A stretch of 64,000 nucleotides of DNA from positions 34,232 through 98,231 of the forward strand of contig JBFMFR010000002.1 in NCBI GenBank assembly GCA_040752025.1. The letters are read 5' to 3'. The first letter of the stretch is position 1. Each line of letters starts with the position of its first letter. Position numbers and translations under genes: made by a program. Shown here piece by piece: positions 51,962 to 62,682 of this stretch. This stretch comes from Chloroflexota bacterium (GTDB lineage Bacteria; Chloroflexota; Anaerolineae; Anaerolineales; UBA4823). The notes beneath the pieces were generated by a model, which had not been told where the DNA came from, ran no database searches, and saw nothing but the letters and a program-made list of their open reading frames with translations.

Positions 51962-52960
51962 ATGAAAGTATTGTTCATCGGGGGCACGGGTATTATCAGC
52001 TCGGCTTGTTCGCAGTTGGCCGTCCAGCGCGGCATCGATCTGTATTTGCTTACCCGCGGGCAGAGCGCCCGCCCCGTTCCGCCAGGGGCGCACGTGATCG
52101 CCGGCGATATCCGCCAGCCCCAAGCGAAGCCAGGGGTTCGCCAGGCGCTGAAAGGGCACACTTTCGATGCAGTGGTACAGTGGGTTGCTTTTGAAGCCAC
52201 GCACATCCAGACGGATATCGAGCTTTTCCAGGGGATCACCGGGCAGTATGTGTTCATCAGTTCGGCCTCGGCCTACCAGACGCCGCCTGCCAGCCTGCCC
52301 GTGACGGAGTCCACTCCGCTGCACAACCCGTATTGGGCCTATTCGCGCGCCAAGATCGCCTGCGAGGAGCGTCTGCTGGAAGCTTATCGACACGAGCAGT
52401 TCCCGTTGACCATCGTGCGCCCTTCGCACACCTACGATAAGACCATGCTGCCCGTGGAAGGGGGATATACCGCCATCGCCCGGATGCGCCAGGGCAAACC
52501 GGTGATCGTGCCAGGCGATGGGACCTCGTTGTGGACTCTGACTCACCATGCCGATTTCGCCGTCGGGTTGGTAGGTTTGTTAGGTAATCCCCAGGCGCTT
52601 GGACAGGCCTTTCACATCACTTCCGATGAATGGCTGACCTGGAACCAGATTTATGAAATCCTGGCGCACGCCGCGGGATGCGAAGCGCGCCTGGTTCATG
52701 TTCCCTCCGACTTGATCGCAGCTTACGATCCTGAATGGGGCGCAGGCCAGTTAGGGGATAAGATGCACAGTATGGTTTTCGACAATCGTAAGGTCAGGCG
52801 TCTGGTGCCGGATTTCAACCCTTGCATCCCCTTCGCCCGCGGCGCCCAGGAGATGTTGGCCTGGTATGATGGCGATCCGCAGCGGCAGATCATCGACCCG
52901 GCGTTCAACGCTTTGGTGGATCGCATCCTGGCGGCTTATCAATCAGCCTGGCCCAGGTGA
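51962..52960 (+). CDS. NAD-dependent epimerase/dehydratase (extended SDR)
   Basis: GGTGIISS Rossmann motif and catalytic YxxxK (YSRAK). AAGGAGG lies upstream of ATG 51962. Confidence 0.8.
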   Translation: MKVLFIGGTGIISSACSQLAVQRGIDLYLLTRGQSARPVPPGAHVIAGDIRQPQAKPGVRQALKGHTFDAVVQWVAFEATHIQTDIELFQGITGQYVFISSASAYQTPPASLPVTESTPLHNPYWAYSRAKIACEERLLEAYRHEQFPLTIVRPSHTYDKTMLPVEGGYTAIARMRQGKPVIVPGDGTSLWTLTHHADFAVGLVGLLGNPQALGQAFHITSDEWLTWNQIYEILAHAAGCEARLVHVPSDLIAAYDPEWGAGQLGDKMHSMVFDNRKVRRLVPDFNPCIPFARGAQEMLAWYDGDPQRQIIDPAFNALVDRILAAYQSAWPR

Positions 52961-53104
52961 GAATTGTCGTTAGGCCTGCCGGCGATGAGAGAAAGATGTA
53001 ACCTTTTGCCGCGGGCGGCATCTAAAGTAGATGCAAGTCGATTTGCCGCTAAAGCCGGCAGATCATCAATCCTGGCAAAGTGCCGATCGTGGGAGGATGT
53101 GTTT

Positions 53105-53314
53105 ATGCCGCTGTTTGAATTTGTCTGTTCTTCCTGCAACCAGCCTTTTGAAGAGTTGGTGCGCAGCTCCACTGCTGTGGAGGGGGTAGTCTGCCCGGTG
53201 TGTGGCAGCCAGGAAGTCAAGAAGAAAATTTCGACGTTTGCTTCTAAAGTTTCTGGCAGCAGTTCGTTTTCGCTGGGCGCCAGTTCGGCGGCTTCGTGCA
53301 GCACGAGCACCTGA
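53105..53314 (+). CDS. FmdB-family zinc-ribbon protein
   Basis: MPLFEFVCSSCNQPFE...CPVCGS, 69 aa. Confidence 0.75.
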   Translation: MPLFEFVCSSCNQPFEELVRSSTAVEGVVCPVCGSQEVKKKISTFASKVSGSSSFSLGASSAASCSTST

Positions 53315-53354
53315 GGGATTTCACGCTAGCGGCCGTGCGCCGCACAACGTGGAT

Positions 53355-53399
53355 GCGAGAAGGCGGTTTCCGAAGTAGGGAAACCGCCTTCTCGCTTTG
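53355..53399 (+). terminator. Intrinsic terminator
   Basis: Perfect 17-bp stem GCGAGAAGGCGGTTTCC/GGAAACCGCCTTCTCGC, loop GAAGTAG, then TTTGA. Confidence 0.7.
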
Positions 53400-53504
53400 A
53401 TCGAACCAGGGTGATTAACCTTGAAAATGCGGGAAATTGCAGTAAAATCGCCCCAGGAATGGCTGGATTCATTCGATCGCTTCAGAAAAATTGCTCCTGA
53501 GAAT

Positions 53505-53533
53505 TTGACACAGCTACCAGATCAGAGTAAACT
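53505..53533 (+). promoter_or_regulatory. Sigma70-like promoter TTGACA-17-TAAACT
   Basis: TTGACA at 53505-53510 and TAAACT at 53528-53533, 22 nt upstream of ATG 53556. Confidence 0.5.
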
Positions 53534-53555
53534 GGTAGAAAAGGAAAAGCGATAG

Positions 53556-54965
53556 ATGTGCGCATTTGGCTCCCCTGACCGACAGTTTGAGGATTTGCTT
53601 TACGATGGGATTTCCGCGGTGAAATCCGGCAACAAGCGCGCCGCGCAGTCTTTGCTGAACCGGGCGATCATGATCAAGCCGGTGGACGCACGCCCTTACC
53701 TGTGGCTTTCAGCGACCACGGATAACCCGGACGAGCAGCGTGAATACCTGGAGAAAGCGGTGGCCCTCGATCCGTACAACGTGCAAGCCCGGCGCGGATT
53801 GGCGCTTCTGACCGGTAAGATCGACAAGAGTCGCATGATGCTCGAAGGGGCGGGCGTCGCTGCAGGGGAAAGGCCTGGAGATGTGCAGGCCCAGGCGCGC
53901 TCGTTCAAGTGCCCGCAATGCGGCGGGCGCATGGCTTACACGGTGGCTTCGGGCCTCTTGCGCTGCGAATACTGCGGCTATCAGCAGGCCCCGACGCTCG
54001 TGGATAACAGCCCAACGCCGATCGCCGACCGGGCCGAACAGGTTTTGGACTTCGTTATGCCTACCGAGGCGGGACACCGCTGGGCCGAAGCGCAGCAGCA
54101 TGTCACTTGTGAACATTGCGGGGCGATCAGCTTGCTGCCGCCAGGGCAAAAAGCCACGCAGTGCGCTTACTGCGGCTCTAACCAACTCGTAGAGTCGCCC
54201 GAGCTGGGCGAACTGATGGATCCTCAGGTGATCGCGGTGATGCGCATCGATGAAAAAGATGCCTACAAGCGCGTGCGGGATTGGCTGGGCCGGGGGTTCC
54301 TTGCTCCAGATGATCTGCTGGCGGTGGCGCGTGAGTTGCGCCTGCGCCCGGCTTATTACTCCTGTTGGACTTTCGATGGCACTCTGGAAGTGCGTTGGAA
54401 CTGCGAGGTGGCAGAAGGCAGCGGGAATTCGAAGCGCTGGATGCCCGTTTCTGGAATCCATATGCAGTTTTTCAACGATGTCCTGGTGCCGGGCGTGAAA
54501 GCGCTGACCATGCGTGAATTGATCGGCATCGAGCCTTTCAGCCTGATAGATGTCGAGGAATTCGCGCCGGAATACCTGGCCGGCTGGCCGGCGATGATCT
54601 ACGACCGCTCGCTTTCCGATGCTTCACTGGTAGCGCGCGAGAAGGTTTTGAAACAATTACGGCCGCAGTTGACGTATTTGATCGAAGTCGGGCGCGAGAA
54701 GCGTAATCTCAACCTGGGCGCCAGTAGCTGGAGTGGTATGACTTTCAAGCATGTGCTCCTGCCGGTATGGATTGGCACTTACCATTACCAGGGCAAGGAA
54801 TACCACCTGCTGGTGAACGGGCAATCCGGGAAAGTTGGGGGCTATAAGCCGCGCGACCCGGTGAAAATGTGGTTTACGATCGGCATTACCCTGGCATTCT
54901 TCGTTTTCCTGTTCATCCTGTATTGGATATGGGAACAGGGTGGGGGCGGAATCTTCCCTCCCTAG
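53556..54965 (+). CDS. TPR plus double zinc-ribbon protein with C-terminal TM anchor (hypothetical)
   Basis: N-terminal TPR-like repeats, two CxxC..CxxC ribbons (CPQCGG..CEYCG; CEHCG..CAYCGS) and a C-terminal hydrophobic helix. Confidence 0.6.
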   Translation: MCAFGSPDRQFEDLLYDGISAVKSGNKRAAQSLLNRAIMIKPVDARPYLWLSATTDNPDEQREYLEKAVALDPYNVQARRGLALLTGKIDKSRMMLEGAGVAAGERPGDVQAQARSFKCPQCGGRMAYTVASGLLRCEYCGYQQAPTLVDNSPTPIADRAEQVLDFVMPTEAGHRWAEAQQHVTCEHCGAISLLPPGQKATQCAYCGSNQLVESPELGELMDPQVIAVMRIDEKDAYKRVRDWLGRGFLAPDDLLAVARELRLRPAYYSCWTFDGTLEVRWNCEVAEGSGNSKRWMPVSGIHMQFFNDVLVPGVKALTMRELIGIEPFSLIDVEEFAPEYLAGWPAMIYDRSLSDASLVAREKVLKQLRPQLTYLIEVGREKRNLNLGASSWSGMTFKHVLLPVWIGTYHYQGKEYHLLVNGQSGKVGGYKPRDPVKMWFTIGITLAFFVFLFILYWIWEQGGGGIFPP

Positions 54966-55019
54966 AAATACGATAAAAGCAGGAAAATTTATCTGCTCTA
55001 CAGGCCGCGCCGTGATATA

Positions 55020-55790
55020 ATGCCGCACATGGATGATCAAACTACTATCCCTTCTAATGAATCCCCCTCTGTAGCGGAATCTGCGGAGGATAAGATTACC
55101 TTCAAGCGCTCGCACCTGTACATGGCGCTGTTACCGTTGGCCTTTGTGGTCGGCCTGAGCGTTGGTTACCTGTTCTGGGGACGCCAGTCGCCGCCGCGCG
55201 CCGCTGCACCGCAGGCGACTCCCCAGGCCGCCGCGCAAGAAGAACGCCCGCAGGCAGCCAAGCGCTATGACGTCCCGGTGGATGATGACCCCATTTTGGG
55301 ACCTGAGAACGCACCGATTACCCTGATCGAATTCAGTGACTACGAATGCCCGTACTGCCGGCGCTGGCATACAGAGGTCTTCGATCGTTTGATACAGGAG
55401 TATCCAGATCAGATCCGCTTCGTTTACCGCGATTTCCCTTTAAGTTCGATCCATCCAGAAGCAACGCCAGCGGCTGAGGCGGCTGACTGTGCGAACGAGC
55501 AGGGCGCCTTCTGGCAGTTCCAAAACCTGCTTTTCAGCAGTTCGGATTTGTCCACAGAAACGTATATCCAGTATGCAACGGACTTGAACCTGGATGTACA
55601 ACAGTTTACTACCTGCATAGAATCTGGAAAGTACAGCGATGAGGTGCAGGCAGATTACCAGTATGCCGCCGAGCTGGGGGTGCGTTCCACGCCGACTTTC
55701 TTCATCAACGGGTTGCCGGTAGTGGGCGCCCAGCCTTACGATGTTTTCAAGGATATCATCGACCGGGAGCTGGCGGGCGAAATCCCATGA
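55020..55790 (+). CDS. DsbA-family thioredoxin-fold protein, membrane anchored
   Basis: N-terminal TM helix and CPYC active site in the context LIEFSDYECPYCRRW. Confidence 0.8.
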   Translation: MPHMDDQTTIPSNESPSVAESAEDKITFKRSHLYMALLPLAFVVGLSVGYLFWGRQSPPRAAAPQATPQAAAQEERPQAAKRYDVPVDDDPILGPENAPITLIEFSDYECPYCRRWHTEVFDRLIQEYPDQIRFVYRDFPLSSIHPEATPAAEAADCANEQGAFWQFQNLLFSSSDLSTETYIQYATDLNLDVQQFTTCIESGKYSDEVQADYQYAAELGVRSTPTFFINGLPVVGAQPYDVFKDIIDRELAGEIP

Positions 55791-55822
55791 TCTAGGGCCT
55801 GCTTTATTGTGTTTTGTCAGGA

Positions 55823-55852
55823 GACTCTGGTGGCACGTACCAGAGTCTTTTT
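55823..55852 (+). terminator. Intrinsic terminator
   Basis: 9-bp stem GACTCTGGT/ACCAGAGTC followed by TTTTTGTT. Confidence 0.6.
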
Positions 55853-55971
55853 GTTGCGATGCGATGACGCCCATGTGATCCGCGCCTCAAAAGGCCTTCC
55901 CAAAAGGGTAAGATCAGGCAGACGCGGTTATAATCGAGAGGTATGACTTATCTTTTCAATTGGTGAGCTAA

Positions 55972-58900
55972 ATGCCTGAACAAAAACGAAACTTTCAAGA
56001 GATTATCATCAGCCTGCAGAATTTTTGGGCTGAGTATGGTTGCCTGATCTGGCAGCCGTACTACGCCCAGGTGGGTGCGGGCACGATGAACCCGGCAACT
56101 TACCTGCGCGTTTTGGGGCCAGAACCGTGGAACGTGGCCTATGTGGAGCCGTCTATCCGTCCGGACGACGGGCGCTATGGCGAAAACCCCAACCGCATGC
56201 AGATGCATTACCAGTTCCAGGTGATCCTCAAGCCCGACCCGGGAAACCCGCAGGAGGTCTACCTGCGCTCGCTGCAGGCGCTGGGCATCGACCCGCGCCA
56301 GCACGACATCCGCTTCGTAGAAGACAATTGGGAGTCGCCAGCTCTGGGCGCCTGGGGCCTGGGCTGGGAGGTCTGGCTGGATGGACAGGAGATCACCCAG
56401 TTCACTTATTTCCAACAGGCCGGGGGAATTGTACTCGACCCGGTTTCTGTAGAAATTACCTACGGCCTGGAGCGCATCGCAATCGCCCAGCAGCGGGTCA
56501 ACAGCTTCCGCGAGATCCAGTGGAGCCCCACCCGGACGGACGGCGACGTAAACCTGCAAGGAGAGCAAGAACACAGCAAGTATTACTTCGAAGTGGCGGA
56601 TGTAGCCCGTTTGCGCCAGATGTACGATCTCTTCGAAGCTGAAGCGCACGCCTGTTTGGAGCAAGGCTTGGTCCTGCCCGCGCATGATTATGTGCTCAAG
56701 TGTTCACACACTTTCAATGTGCTGGACACACGTGGCGCAGTCGGGGTGACCGAGCGCCAGGCTTTGTTCGGCCGCATGCGCGATCTCTCCCGGCGCGTGG
56801 CCGAGGCTTACCTGGAGCAGCGCCGCTCGCTGGGCTTCCCCTGGTTGGCTGGAGCCAGCCAGGAACCGGCCGTCCAGGCAGCAAAGGCTGGCGGGATCCC
56901 TGGTGCACAGCCTGGCGTTCGCTCGCCGCTCCTGGTGGAGGTCGGGGTCGAGGAGTTGCCGGCAGGTGACCTGGAGTCGGCCATGCAGCAACTGGGCGAG
57001 CGTCTTCCAGCCTGGCTGGGTGACCTGCGCCTGGCGCATGGAGAAGCGCGCATCCTGGGAACGCCGCGCCGCCTGGTGCTTTATGTAGAAGATGTGGCTT
57101 CGACCCAAGAGGATGTAGAGCAGGTAATCAAGGGTCCTCCGGCGGACCGCGCTTTTGGGCCGGACGGCGCTCCGACCAAAGCGGCGGAGGGCTTTGCCCG
57201 CAGCAAGGGAGTAGCGGTAGAAGCGCTGCAGGTGCGCGAGATGGATGGCGGGCGCTATGTTGTCGCCGCTGTGCGCCAGGTGGGTCGCCCGGCGATTGAA
57301 GTGCTGGGTGAAGCGCTGCCAGGCCTGATTGCCTCCCTGCGCTTCGAGAAGTCGATGCGCTGGAACAGCAGCGGCGTGGCTTTCTCGCGCCCCATCCGCT
57401 GGCTGCTGGCCTTGCTGGGCGAGGGCCAGGTAGTGCCTTTCGAGTATGCCGGACTGGTTTCTGGGAACGTGACGCGTGGTTTGCGCTTCCTCCAGCCGCT
57501 GGAGCAGCGCGTGAATTCCCCGGCCGAATACTTCGCTTTCCTGGCCGGCCAGGGCATCCTGTTGGATAAAGATGAGCGCCAGGCGCGCATCCAGCGCCAG
57601 GTGTCGCAACTGGCCGCCGAAGTAGGCGGGCGTGTGGCAGAGGATCCCGGACTGTTGACCGAGGTGACGAACCTGGTGGAAGCGCCTACGGCGCTGCGCG
57701 GTAGTTTCGACCCGGCTTATTTGCAATTGCCGCGCCAGGTGTTGGTTTCGGTGATGAAGAAACACCAGCGCTATTTCCCGGTGATTGGGCAACCCGATGA
57801 TCCGGTAGGGTCGAGCCCGGAGCAGTTCGCGCTCCTGCCTTACTTCATCGCCGTTCGCAACGGGGATGAAGATTTCCTGGAGGTAGTGACGGATGGCAAC
57901 CAGCATGTGGTCCGGGCGCGCTTTGCCGATGCGGCTTTCTTCGTGCGCGAGGATCTCAAAAAGCCCTTGGCCGACTATTTGCCACGCTTGAGCACGCTGA
58001 CCTTCCAGGTGCGCCTGGGGTCTATGCTGGATAAAACGCATCGTATCCAGGCTTTGGTGGAAGACCTGGCAGGTAAGTGTGGCTTGAGTGAAGCTGAATT
58101 GAGCGTGGCGCGCCGGGCGGCGGAGTTGTGTAAAACTGACCTGATGACGCAAATGGTCGTGGAGATGACTTCGCTGCAAGGCCAGATGGGAGAATATTAC
58201 GCCCTGAAGTCCGGCGAATCGCCCGAAGTGGCCCAGGCGATTTTCGAGCACTACCTGCCGCGTTATGCCGGTGACTATCCGCCTCGCAGCCGTGCAGGCC
58301 TGGTGGTGGGCCTTGCAGACCGGCTGGATAGCCTGGCGGGCTTGTTTGCCGCTGAGCTGGCCCCCTCCGGAAATAAAGACCCCTTCGCTCAGCGGCGCGC
58401 CGCTTTGGGCCTGGTGCAGAATCTGATTGCCTGGGAGTTGGATTTCGACCTGCGCTCGGCTTTGCAAGCGGCAGCCGTACATTTGCCCCTGGAGGCCAGC
58501 CCACAGAGCGGCTACGCACAAGATGCGCTGTTGCAATTTGTCATCGAGCGCTTACGCAACGCTTTGTCGGAGCAGGGCGGGCGCTACGATGTAATCGATG
58601 CCGTGCTGGCAGCCCAGGGGCACAACCCTGCTGGGGCAGCGCGCGCTGTGCAATCCCTGGGTGAGTGGGTGGCGCGCCCGGATTGGAATACGATCCTGCC
58701 GGCTTATGCCCGCTGTGTGCGCATCACGCGCGATCTGGCGGAGCGCTTGCCTGTGGATGAGTCTGGGTTTGCCCAGGCGGAAGAGCGGGAACTGTATTTG
58801 GCTCTATCCCGGGCCGAAGCGGTGCAGCGTGCACCGGGTTCGCCGGATGACTTCTTGAGCGCTTTTCTGCCGATGATTCCGACTGTGAATCGTTTCTTCG

Positions 58901-59019
58901 ATGCTGTGCTGGTAATGGTTGAGGATGAATGCCTGCGCCGCAATCGCCTGGGTTTGCTGCAGCGCATCCGCGCGCTGGCGCAGGGTGTCGCGGATCTGTC
59001 CAGGTTGGAGGGGTTTTAG
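55972..59019 (+). CDS. glyQS: Glycine--tRNA ligase, fused alpha and beta subunits
   Basis: The alpha part ([17 protein letters not shown], about the first 290 aa) continues without a stop into the beta part ([14 protein letters not shown] ... RNRLGLL). 1015 aa. Confidence 0.9.
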   Translation: MPEQKRNFQEIIISLQNFWAEYGCLIWQPYYAQVGAGTMNPATYLRVLGPEPWNVAYVEPSIRPDDGRYGENPNRMQMHYQFQVILKPDPGNPQEVYLRSLQALGIDPRQHDIRFVEDNWESPALGAWGLGWEVWLDGQEITQFTYFQQAGGIVLDPVSVEITYGLERIAIAQQRVNSFREIQWSPTRTDGDVNLQGEQEHSKYYFEVADVARLRQMYDLFEAEAHACLEQGLVLPAHDYVLKCSHTFNVLDTRGAVGVTERQALFGRMRDLSRRVAEAYLEQRRSLGFPWLAGASQEPAVQAAKAGGIPGAQPGVRSPLLVEVGVEELPAGDLESAMQQLGERLPAWLGDLRLAHGEARILGTPRRLVLYVEDVASTQEDVEQVIKGPPADRAFGPDGAPTKAAEGFARSKGVAVEALQVREMDGGRYVVAAVRQVGRPAIEVLGEALPGLIASLRFEKSMRWNSSGVAFSRPIRWLLALLGEGQVVPFEYAGLVSGNVTRGLRFLQPLEQRVNSPAEYFAFLAGQGILLDKDERQARIQRQVSQLAAEVGGRVAEDPGLLTEVTNLVEAPTALRGSFDPAYLQLPRQVLVSVMKKHQRYFPVIGQPDDPVGSSPEQFALLPYFIAVRNGDEDFLEVVTDGNQHVVRARFADAAFFVREDLKKPLADYLPRLSTLTFQVRLGSMLDKTHRIQALVEDLAGKCGLSEAELSVARRAAELCKTDLMTQMVVEMTSLQGQMGEYYALKSGESPEVAQAIFEHYLPRYAGDYPPRSRAGLVVGLADRLDSLAGLFAAELAPSGNKDPFAQRRAALGLVQNLIAWELDFDLRSALQAAAVHLPLEASPQSGYAQDALLQFVIERLRNALSEQGGRYDVIDAVLAAQGHNPAGAARAVQSLGEWVARPDWNTILPAYARCVRITRDLAERLPVDESGFAQAEERELYLALSRAEAVQRAPGSPDDFLSAFLPMIPTVNRFFDAVLVMVEDECLRRNRLGLLQRIRALAQGVADLSRLEGF

Positions 59020-59068
59020 GTGAACTTCACTGTTATAGGCAGGTGAACGTAAGTGTAAGGAGGTCGAG

Positions 59069-60667
59069 ATGGAAGCAAGGATTGTGGTGCAAACGGGCGT
59101 CAAAGCTGTGACGGTTTATCCTGACCGGGCGCGGGTTGTACGGCAGGGTCAGACAGAAGTGGAAACGGGCGTGCAGCGCCTGGAGATCGCCGACCTGCCG
59201 CTGTCGATGAACCCGGACTCGGTGCGCGCCACTGCCCGCGGCACGGCGCGAGTGCGCCTGCTGGGCTTGCAGATCGAGCGCCAGTACTACAGCGAAACGC
59301 CTGCCGAGCAAGTTCGCGGTCTGGAAGCCAGGGTCGAAAGCGCTCAGGATGAGATGCAGGCGCTGGAAGCCGAGGCGCTCTTGCTGAGAAAGGAGGGCGA
59401 GCGCCTGGAAGCCCTGGCTGGGCACACTCAGGTGTTTGCCACCGCCCTGGCCTCGGGCGAGATGAGCCTGGAAACGCAGCTGCAAATGTTAGCCGGTTTG
59501 CGCCAGCGCGCCGCCCAACTGAACACCGAACTGCAAGAAAACGGCCTGAAAAAGCGCGCCCAAGAGCGCCGCCTGGAACAGCTCAAAAGGCAGCTCGAGC
59601 AGGTGCGCAGCGCACGGCCGCGCGAGCGTTACGCTGCTTTTGTGGAAGTGGATGTGCAGGGCGCGGGCAGCCTGGGGGTGGAATTGACTTACGTGGTCTC
59701 TGGGGCGGGTTGGAAGCCGCTTTACGATCTGCGCCTGTTGGAAGCGGACCAGGCCGTGCTGGAAGTGGGTTACCTGGCGCAGGTCAGCCAGCAAACTGGC
59801 GAGGATTGGGCCGATGTGGAATTGGTGCTTTCGACCGCTCGCCCGGCATTGGCGGCCGTGCTGCCCGAGTTGCAGCCCTGGTACATTCGCGAGCGAAGCC
59901 GCCCACAGCCCCCGCCGCCGGCTCCCAGGCAAATGGCAATGAAAGCTGCCGCGATGCCGCAGGCAGCCATGGATACTATGGCGGTGGGGTTCGAGCCTGA
60001 AGCTGTTCCCGAAGTGGAGGCCGAAGTGGCAATGGCCAACGTGGAATCATCTGGCGCCGCGGTAACCTACCGCCTGGCTGGTAAAGTGGGCATCCCCTCG
60101 GATGGCGCGCCGCACAAGGTGACTGTGGCGCAGTTCTCGCTGCCTCCCAGGCTGGATTACGCCTGCGCCCCCAAACTGGCGGAGGCGGCTTACCGGCGTG
60201 CCAAAGTAACCAACGACAGCCCCTACACCTTGCTGCCCGGCGCGGCCAACCTGTTCGCTGGGGAGGAGTTCATCGGGGCGACGCGCCTGGAATTGACCGC
60301 TCCGCAAGGTGAGATCGAGCTCTACCTGGGCGCCGATGACCGGGTCAAGGTTGAGCGTGAGTTGGTGCGTCGTGAGGTGGAAAAAGCGCTGATCGGCGGC
60401 AAACGCCGCCTGCACTTCGCTTACGAGATCCGCCTGGAGAATCTGCTGGCTGATGAAGTCAGGATCACAGTGCACGACCAGATGCCAGTTTCGCGCCACG
60501 AAGACATCAAAGTGCGCCTGGAAGGGGCCGAACCAAAGCCGAGCGAACAGACGGAGTTGAACTTGTTAGATTGGGAGTTGACCCTGGCTTCCAGGGAGAA
60601 GCGCACCTTGCGCTTCGAATTTGCCGTCGAGTATCCGCAGGCGCTGGAGGTTATCGGGCTGCCATAG
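59069..60667 (+). CDS. DUF4139/DUF4140-family protein (MuiA-like)
   Basis: The N-terminal V.VYPDRA.V.R pattern, central coiled-coil and C-terminal DUF4139-like beta region match this family. AAGGAGG lies upstream. Confidence 0.6.
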   Translation: MEARIVVQTGVKAVTVYPDRARVVRQGQTEVETGVQRLEIADLPLSMNPDSVRATARGTARVRLLGLQIERQYYSETPAEQVRGLEARVESAQDEMQALEAEALLLRKEGERLEALAGHTQVFATALASGEMSLETQLQMLAGLRQRAAQLNTELQENGLKKRAQERRLEQLKRQLEQVRSARPRERYAAFVEVDVQGAGSLGVELTYVVSGAGWKPLYDLRLLEADQAVLEVGYLAQVSQQTGEDWADVELVLSTARPALAAVLPELQPWYIRERSRPQPPPPAPRQMAMKAAAMPQAAMDTMAVGFEPEAVPEVEAEVAMANVESSGAAVTYRLAGKVGIPSDGAPHKVTVAQFSLPPRLDYACAPKLAEAAYRRAKVTNDSPYTLLPGAANLFAGEEFIGATRLELTAPQGEIELYLGADDRVKVERELVRREVEKALIGGKRRLHFAYEIRLENLLADEVRITVHDQMPVSRHEDIKVRLEGAEPKPSEQTELNLLDWELTLASREKRTLRFEFAVEYPQALEVIGLP

Positions 60668-60698
60668 GTTCGTCGAGCGTAGCCAGTGTGAGCCTTCT

Positions 60699-62627
60699 AT
60701 GTCCACGATTGATGAGATCAAAGCCCGTATCGATATTGTAGACCTGGTTTCCGAGACGGTGCAGTTGCGCCGTTCTGGGAAGAACTACACCGGGTTCTGC
60801 CCATTTCATGCCAATACGCGCACGCCGGCCTTTGCCGTGTTTGCCGACTCGGGCACCTGGCGCTGCTTCGGGCAGTGCAATGAGGGCGGCGATATCTTCA
60901 AATTTGTAATGAAGAAAGAAGGCTGGGATTTCGCCGAGGCGCTGCGCTATCTGGCGGAGCGAGCCGGGGTGGAATTGCAGCCGCAAACGCCCGAGGCGCA
61001 GGCCGCCGCCGAGGAAAATGATGCCCTGCGGGCCCTGTTGGAGGAGGCGGTGACTTTCTACCGCCACCAACTGTTGAATACGCCTGCGGGCGAGCAGGCT
61101 CTCAGTTACCTGCGCCAGCAGCGCGGGTTGCGCGATGAAACCATCGAAACCTTTGGGTTAGGTTATGCGCCGCAAGCCTGGGATGCGGTTGTGCATCACT
61201 TCAGAGCGAAGGGTTATTCTGAAGATGATTTGTTAGCTGCCGGGCTGGTGAGCGCCCGCGATTCGGGCGGGGTGTACGATCGTTTCCGCCACCGGGTGAT
61301 GTTCCCAATTCGCGACGAGCGCGGGCGCATGGCGGGTTTTGGAGCGCGCATTCTCAATCCTGAGGATGTGCCCAAGTTTTTGAACTCGCCGCAGACAGTG
61401 GTCTTCGACAAGGGTCACCTGTTATATGGCCTGGATCTTGCCCGGCGCAGCATCCGGCAACAGGATCAGGCGGTGATTGTGGAAGGCTACCTGGATGTGA
61501 TCGGTTTGCACCAGGCAGGCTTCACCAACGCGGTTTCACCGATGGGCACGGCGCTGACCGAGCACCACCTGCGCCTGCTCAAGCGCTTCAGCCGGCGCAT
61601 CGTGCTGGCCCTGGACCCGGATGCCGCTGGCGACCAGGCCACGCTGCGTGGTTTGCAGGTGGCCCGCCAGACCCTGGATCGCCAGCAGGATCCGGTCTTC
61701 GATGCGCGTGGCCTTTTGGGTTACGAAGGGCGTTTGCAGGCCGACATCCGTGTCACGGTGCTGCCGGAGGGCATGGATCCCGATGAGGTGGTTGGGCGTG
61801 ACCCTCAGGAATGGGCCCAGATCGTCGAGCAGGCTCGCCCTGTGGTGATCCATGTCATGGAGACGCTGGCTGTTGATCGCGATCTGGATGATCCCAAGGT
61901 GAAAAGTGAGATTGCCGCCCAGGTTCTGCCCCTGATCGAGGATGTCCCCAACCCGGTGGAGCGCGACACCTATCGCCAACGATTGGCGCGCCTGCTGCGC
62001 ATCAGCGAACAAGCCTTGTTAGGTCCGGCGCAGCCGCCGCGCCGCCGTCCTGCATCTCGCTCCCCGCAGCCGGATACCCAGGCTGGCATGCTGCCAGCCG
62101 ATGCATTGAGCGTTTCGGCAATTACCAATTATGCCCAGGAAGCGCACTGCCTGGGGGTGTTGCTGCGCCGTCCGGATTTGTTATACCAGGTGGACCGCCG
62201 CCTCCAGGAGGCAGGGCTGGCGCGCCTGGCGCCGCAGGATTTCCAGCACGCCGATCACCAGGTGATCTTGCGCCTTTTCCAGCAATCATTGGAGCAGGAT
62301 ATGGCCGAACCCCTGGATTTCGTGCTCAATTACCTGGACCTGCCCATGATGGAAATGGCAGATGCACTGCTGGAGCGTACCGCCAAACTGGATCCCAGCC
62401 AGGAACGCGTCTTGGAGGATTTGATGCGCGGTTTGCTCGATCTGCGCCGCCGTAATTTGCATCAGGAGGTTGAGTATCAGCGTTATCTCATTGAAGATGC
62501 TCAGCAACAAGGCGACTTAAAAGCCACACAATACTTGCAATCTATGGTACAACTTACAGAAGTAAAGCGATGTATCGATAAAGCCATGGCCCACTATACC
62601 CATCGCGCTGCCAGTACAAATTTGTAA
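60699..62627 (+). CDS. dnaG: DNA primase
   Basis: Zinc ribbon CPFHANTRTPAF..C.GC, a TOPRIM domain (VIVEGYLDV, ALDPDAAG) and a C-terminal helical domain. I moved the start to ATG 60699. Confidence 0.9.
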   Translation: MSTIDEIKARIDIVDLVSETVQLRRSGKNYTGFCPFHANTRTPAFAVFADSGTWRCFGQCNEGGDIFKFVMKKEGWDFAEALRYLAERAGVELQPQTPEAQAAAEENDALRALLEEAVTFYRHQLLNTPAGEQALSYLRQQRGLRDETIETFGLGYAPQAWDAVVHHFRAKGYSEDDLLAAGLVSARDSGGVYDRFRHRVMFPIRDERGRMAGFGARILNPEDVPKFLNSPQTVVFDKGHLLYGLDLARRSIRQQDQAVIVEGYLDVIGLHQAGFTNAVSPMGTALTEHHLRLLKRFSRRIVLALDPDAAGDQATLRGLQVARQTLDRQQDPVFDARGLLGYEGRLQADIRVTVLPEGMDPDEVVGRDPQEWAQIVEQARPVVIHVMETLAVDRDLDDPKVKSEIAAQVLPLIEDVPNPVERDTYRQRLARLLRISEQALLGPAQPPRRRPASRSPQPDTQAGMLPADALSVSAITNYAQEAHCLGVLLRRPDLLYQVDRRLQEAGLARLAPQDFQHADHQVILRLFQQSLEQDMAEPLDFVLNYLDLPMMEMADALLERTAKLDPSQERVLEDLMRGLLDLRRRNLHQEVEYQRYLIEDAQQQGDLKATQYLQSMVQLTEVKRCIDKAMAHYTHRAASTNL

Positions 62628-62682
62628 GAGCGAAGCCGCCGCAAGGCCCAGCGAAGCCGTCGAAAGACCCGGATGAGCCTTT

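Noticed and set aside
55853-55971. T-box or other riboswitch leader upstream of glyQS
   Set aside because: The gap is only about 120 nt, and I could not find a specifier/T-box (AGGGUGGNACC-like) motif or a terminator/antiterminator pair. A TATAAT at 55929-55934 lacks a convincing -35, so I did not call a promoter either.
56704-58536. 610-aa minus-strand ORF inside glyQS
   Set aside because: It is antisense to a gene with unambiguous GlyS motifs, has no motifs of its own, and has R/A/Q/L-rich shadow composition.
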